Notes under the pieces: generated by a model
Told to the model about the DNA's origin: nothing
Seen by the model: the letters and a program-made list of their open reading frames with translations, nothing else
Database searches by the model: none
Source of the DNA: Longimicrobium sp.
Lineage (GTDB): Bacteria > Gemmatimonadota > Gemmatimonadetes > Longimicrobiales > Longimicrobiaceae
Length of the DNA stretch: 40,889 bases
NCBI GenBank assembly: GCA_035759295.1
Contig: DASTVC010000747.1
Span: 1-40,889, forward strand
Reading direction: 5' to 3'
Program-made: the position numbers and the translations under genes
Shown: positions 37,825 to 40,889 of the stretch, in pieces
How the letters are laid out: the number at the start of each line of letters is the position of its first letter
How positions within the stretch are numbered: position 1 is the first letter of the stretch

Positions 37825-37956
37825 ATGCCAGAGAAACGCGAGGTGTCGGCCGAGATGACGGAGGATGCTGCTCTGGTAGTTGCGATCCAGGAGGGCGAGA
37901 CGAGCGCCCCCGTCTCGCGAGAGGATGTCTTCGACGAATTGGAAGCCCGCGCGTAA
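37825..37956 (+). CDS. Small acidic antitoxin-like peptide (43 aa)
   Basis: Manual translation MPEKREVSAEMTEDAALVVAIQEGETSAPVSREDVFDELEARA*. RBS GGAGG, and the TAA overlaps the next ATG (TAATG). Confidence 0.5.
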   Translation: MPEKREVSAEMTEDAALVVAIQEGETSAPVSREDVFDELEARA

Positions 37957-38276
37957 TGGCGATGGCCAACAGCAATCGGAAGCTGCTTTCGATCCATCCG
38001 GGCGAGGTCTTGATTGAGGACTTCCTGGTTCCGCTTGGTTTGTCGCAGTATCGGCTCGCGCAGGACCTCAGCGTTCCTCCGCGCCGCATCAACGAGATCG
38101 TCCACGGGAAGCGCGCGATCACTGCGGATACGGCGCTGCGGCTGGCGCGCTACTTCGGGACGAGCGAGCAGTTCTGGCTCAACCTGCAGTCGCGCTATGA
38201 TCTGGATGTGGAGCGGGACCGGCTGGGTGCGCGTCTGGAAGAGGAGGTTACTGTCTTCGCGCCGCAAGCGGCATAG
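37956..38276 (+). CDS. higA: HigA-family addiction module antidote (HTH)
   Basis: IHPGEVLIEDFLVPLGLSQYRLA, RINEIVHGKRAITADTALRLARYFGTS..FWLNLQ. Start is 37956 or 37962. Confidence 0.92.
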   Translation: MAMANSNRKLLSIHPGEVLIEDFLVPLGLSQYRLAQDLSVPPRRINEIVHGKRAITADTALRLARYFGTSEQFWLNLQSRYDLDVERDRLGARLEEEVTVFAPQAA

Positions 38277-38381
38277 CATCACGGGGCGCGGCTGTGCTAG
38301 GGCGCGCTGGTTTGCACCGTGCAAACTGATATGAGGATGTTCTCGCGAGCCGGCGCACCCCTCGCGCGCGCCGCGGAGGCA

Positions 38382-38699
38382 GACGGTCAGGCACATGCGC
38401 TCCCCGCCTAAACACGACAGCCGCAGCCAACTCTGGCCCGCGGCTGTTCGCTTCGTCGCCCCCTGCTCGCTCCCAGGCGTCACACTCGCTGCCTGCGAGA
38501 GCCTGGTGGCGAACTAAGCCCTTGGACTCGGCCCAGGCGCCAGAGGCGGCGCGGGCGGTGCGCAAGTCGTCGGCAAACTCCAGCACGGCTTCAGCGACCT
38601 GCGGGTCCATCGCGAGCTCGTCGGCGCTGGTGCAGCGGTTGAGCTTGATGGTGGAGTGGCCCAGCGCCTCGAAGACGCCGAAGCGGTCCGTCAGCATCT
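38382..38699 (-). pseudogene. Direct repeat copy 1: 5'-truncated duplicate of the 39424-39693 gene plus its hairpin
   Basis: Matches 39332-39641. Lacks the first 18 codons, and the stop TGA has become TGG. Confidence 0.85.
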
Positions 38700-38701
38700 G
38701 G

Positions 38702-38730
38702 TTGACGCGATGCGAGGTATGATGTATTAT
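38702..38730 (+). promoter_or_regulatory. Sigma70 promoter for a leaderless toxin-antitoxin transcript
   Basis: TTGACG-17-TATTAT, 6 nt before ATG 38737, with no RBS. Confidence 0.7.
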
Positions 38731-38736
38731 CCCACC

Positions 38737-38979
38737 ATGCCTAAGACCAAAGTCGCCGTCACGCTTGAAGCCGGGCTCCTGGACGAAGTCGATGCGCTGG
38801 TGAGGCAGCATCGGTTCGCCAACCGCAGCCAGGCAATCGAAAACGCCGTCTCCGAGCAACTCGCGCGGCTGCATCGTACGCGGCTGGCTGAGGCGTGCGC
38901 GTTGCTGGACGCCGATGAGGAACGCGCGCTTGCGGAAGAGGGGCTGGCTGCGGACGTGGAACTCTGGCCGGAATACTGA
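38737..38979 (+). CDS. CopG/RHH antitoxin (MazE-like partner)
   Basis: MPKTKVAVTLEAGLLDEVDALV..FANRSQAIENAV, acidic tail ending in WPEY, immediately before the toxin. Confidence 0.88.
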   Translation: MPKTKVAVTLEAGLLDEVDALVRQHRFANRSQAIENAVSEQLARLHRTRLAEACALLDADEERALAEEGLAADVELWPEY

Positions 38980-38982
38980 GTC

Positions 38983-39315
38983 GTGCGCATTCGTCGTGGG
39001 GAAATTCGGTGGGCTGATCTGGATCCGGTGCGTGGACGAGAGCAGGCTGGGCGCCGGCCCGTGTTGATCCTGAGCGCCGACGTTTTCAACGACCGCTCTG
39101 GGACAGTGATCGCCGTCGCCGTCACAAGCCAGCCACAGCGAGCTCCCTATCCGCTCACGCTGGAGCTTGAGTCGGCCGATCTGCCGAAACAGTCGTGGGT
39201 CAAGATCAGCCAGATCCGAACGCTTGCGGTGGAACGCATCGGCGACCTCCTCGGCACGGCGTCTCCTGAGGAGCTTGAGCGGGTGGTCGATGGACTGACA
39301 GAGATCATCGGCTGA
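38983..39315 (+). CDS. mazF: PemK/MazF family endoribonuclease toxin
   Basis: RRGEIRWADLDPVRGREQAGRRPVLILS, AVTS, SWVKISQIRTL. Confidence 0.93.
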   Translation: MRIRRGEIRWADLDPVRGREQAGRRPVLILSADVFNDRSGTVIAVAVTSQPQRAPYPLTLELESADLPKQSWVKISQIRTLAVERIGDLLGTASPEELERVVDGLTEIIG

Positions 39316-39331
39316 CTACGGGAAGCCAATC

Positions 39332-39641
39332 GACGGTCAGTATGCGCGCTCACCTGTGTAAACACGACAGCCGCGGCCAACTCTGGCCCGCGGCTGTTTG
39401 ATTGCTCGGCTCGCCTGCTGGCTTCAGGCGTCGTCCCCGCTGTCGGCGGGGTTCACCAGGCCCTTAGTCTCGGCCCAAGCGCCGGAGGCGGCGCGGGCGG
39501 TGCGCAGGTCGTCGGCAAACTCCAGCACGGCTTCGGCGACCTGCGGGTCCATCGAGAGCTCGTCGGCGCTGGTGCAGCGGTTGAGCTTGATGGTGGAGTG
39601 TGCCAGCGCCTCGAAGACGCCGAAGCGGTCCGTCAGCATCT
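39332..39641. repeat. Direct repeat copy 2 (about 310 bp)
   Basis: Shares GACGGTCAG, TAAACACGACAGCCGC..GGCTGTT and a highly similar block of about 180 bp with 38382-38699. Confidence 0.92.
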
Positions 39642-39693
39642 CCAGCAGCCGCATGGGCGAGGCGGGGACGCCGGCATGGCTCGTCAGCATCAT
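39424..39693 (-). CDS. Hypothetical 89-aa protein
   Basis: RBS AAGGAGG and a downstream hairpin. Differences from the duplicate are largely synonymous or conservative, which supports this frame. Confidence 0.65.
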   Translation of the reverse strand: MMLTSHAGVPASPMRLLEMLTDRFGVFEALAHSTIKLNRCTSADELSMDPQVAEAVLEFADDLRTARAASGAWAETKGLVNPADSGDDA

Positions 39694-39758
39694 GCGCGAG
39701 CCTCCTTCCGCGCGCGGAGGGTGGGAGCGGAGCCTGCGGATGTGCGGGGTGCGCGCAT
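39690..39758 (-). CDS. Putative 22-aa peptide coupled to the 89-aa gene
   Basis: MRAPRTSAGSAPTLRARKEARA*, with RBS GGAG and an ATGA overlap. Confidence 0.35.
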   Translation of the reverse strand: MRAPRTSAGSAPTLRARKEARA

Positions 39759-39897
39759 GGCGATCTCCAATCCTCTTGACCCTGGCCGCGCAGCAGGGGT
39801 AGCTTGGGCGAGCGGGCGGCCTTCGGGTCGTTCCGTGTGTGAGGCTGGTCGTGTCTTCTTGGCGGGAGAGGCGGCCAGCCTTGTTCTTTCCCCTGCT

Positions 39898-39958
39898 GGT
39901 GAATAGTGTAATTCACCTGATCGGTCTTGTCAATGGAAAAATTCACCAGCTCTGGTGA
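39898..39958 (-). promoter_or_regulatory. Strong leftward sigma70 promoter with an operator palindrome
   Basis: TTGACA (39933-39928)-17-TACACT (39910-39905). GGTGAAT-N6-ATTCACC brackets the -10 box, with further half-sites at 39941-39958. Confidence 0.78.
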
Positions 39959-40184
39959 CGTGGACTACAAAGAAGCTACGGATCTGCTGTTCGAACGCAT
40001 CACAGCGGCGGATCTAGCTGAGGAACTTGGCGTGTCTCAGAATGCTGTCGCACGCGCGCGCTTGGATCCGGAGACTCGCGACTTCAGACCCCCGCCTGCC
40101 GACTGGCGGCGGGCGATAGCTCAGATTGCTGAAAGGCGGGCTCGAACCCTGTTGGAGTTGAGCAGAAGTCTGAGAGTAGGATGA
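39933..40184 (+). CDS. Small HTH DNA-binding protein
   Basis: ITAADLAEELGVSQNAVARAR HTH pattern. The start is uncertain (ATG 39933 or GTG 39960). Confidence 0.65.
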   Translation: MEKFTSSGDVDYKEATDLLFERITAADLAEELGVSQNAVARARLDPETRDFRPPPADWRRAIAQIAERRARTLLELSRSLRVG

Positions 40185-40244
40185 AGCTCGGTTTCCCGCG
40201 TTGCGAAGAAAAGGTCTGACACCTTCACGGAGCGAACTCCATTG

Positions 40245-40889
40245 ATGAGTGGACTGCGAGCGAGCTTTGATCTTCTGCTTCCAGTGATTATCTGGGCCGG
40301 AGGCTTCTTTGCGGCTGACAAGATTCGCGACCGGATATTCGAGCAAGGTACAGATAGGGCTTCGTCGCGGATACTGCTGCGAGAGCTGATCACGCAGGCC
40401 TCGCTTTGCGACTTACCAAGGTTGGTACCGTCACGGCTAGAGTTCGGCTCCAACTTACTGGAGGAGAAATCAAGCAGGCGAGTCACTATTCGGCAAAGTT
40501 GGAGCCCAGTGGTATCCAACTCACGTTCGTTCCGCTGGTGACGAGTTCAACTTCGGGAAATTGGTTCGAGATTCGTCGCCGAGTTTCCAAGCAGGACACG
40601 ACCGGAAACTTGATGTTCCGTTGGCCGGCGGGTGAGGAACTTGTTGTGCTCTCCTCTGAGCCGCGATTGAACCGCGGTAGCGTAGCGAATTGGAGCGTGT
40701 TTTTGGACAACGCGGCTGCTGATTCATTCGCAGACTCGAGGCGGCGCGAGCGCACGTATCGATGGTTGTACGCCTTATGGGGTGCCACCTTGATCGCGGG
40801 GTTGATCACTACCGTCCGGGCCGCTGTGAAAGCTGGCAAGCGTGTTTCTGGACCAAGTGCCACACCTGAGGAGGTGCTTGATCTTCTCG
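40245..40889 (+). pseudogene. Probable frameshifted membrane-protein gene running off the window edge
   Basis: Frame 1 gives an N-terminal TM (LLLPVIIWAGGFFAA). The -1 frame is open from 40358 to the window end and contains a second TM (WLYALWGATLIAGLITTV). GC is lower than the rest of the window. Confidence 0.45.

Noticed and set aside
29475-39397. Integron cassette array
   Set aside because: No integrase, genes are in mixed orientation, and the hairpins lack RYYYAAC/GTTRRRY attC ends.
38382-39641. DGR template/variable repeat pair
   Set aside because: Differences are not confined to adenine positions and are mostly synonymous, and no reverse transcriptase is present.

Overview
This is a very GC-rich bacterial chromosome segment. 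Gene content and intergenic repeats suggest a Longimicrobium-like Gemmatimonadota, which is an inference. The left ~18.6 kb is mostly core genes: a minus-strand operon (acidic TPR protein, aroQ, efp, accB, a PilT/PilU ATPase, accC, comB-like phosphatase), a PpiD/SurA-like foldase, a second operon (TPR protein, four-helix-bundle gene, polyprenyl synthase, DUF4321) and an ABC1/UbiB kinase. The right ~22 kb is accessory. It holds a five-gene sulfur-relay operon divergent from a LytS/LytTR two-component system, SDR, ArsR-SRPBCC, hutI, a DHFR-like gene, a secreted Cys/His-rich protein, three orphan antitoxins, a MazEF-like module between ~300-bp direct repeats, and a phage-like divergent promoter switch near the right edge. 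The most striking structure is a set of inverted short tandem-repeat arrays inside operons. One octamer pair encloses a four-helix-bundle (23S IVS protein/Avd-like) gene, and one heptamer pair between aroQ and efp is empty. In both cases one arm contains the stop codon of the upstream gene. At least five families of REP-like palindromes fill the intergenic spaces. I saw no rRNA, tRNA, CRISPR array, integrase or transposase. All family calls come from motif recognition by eye, not from database searches.
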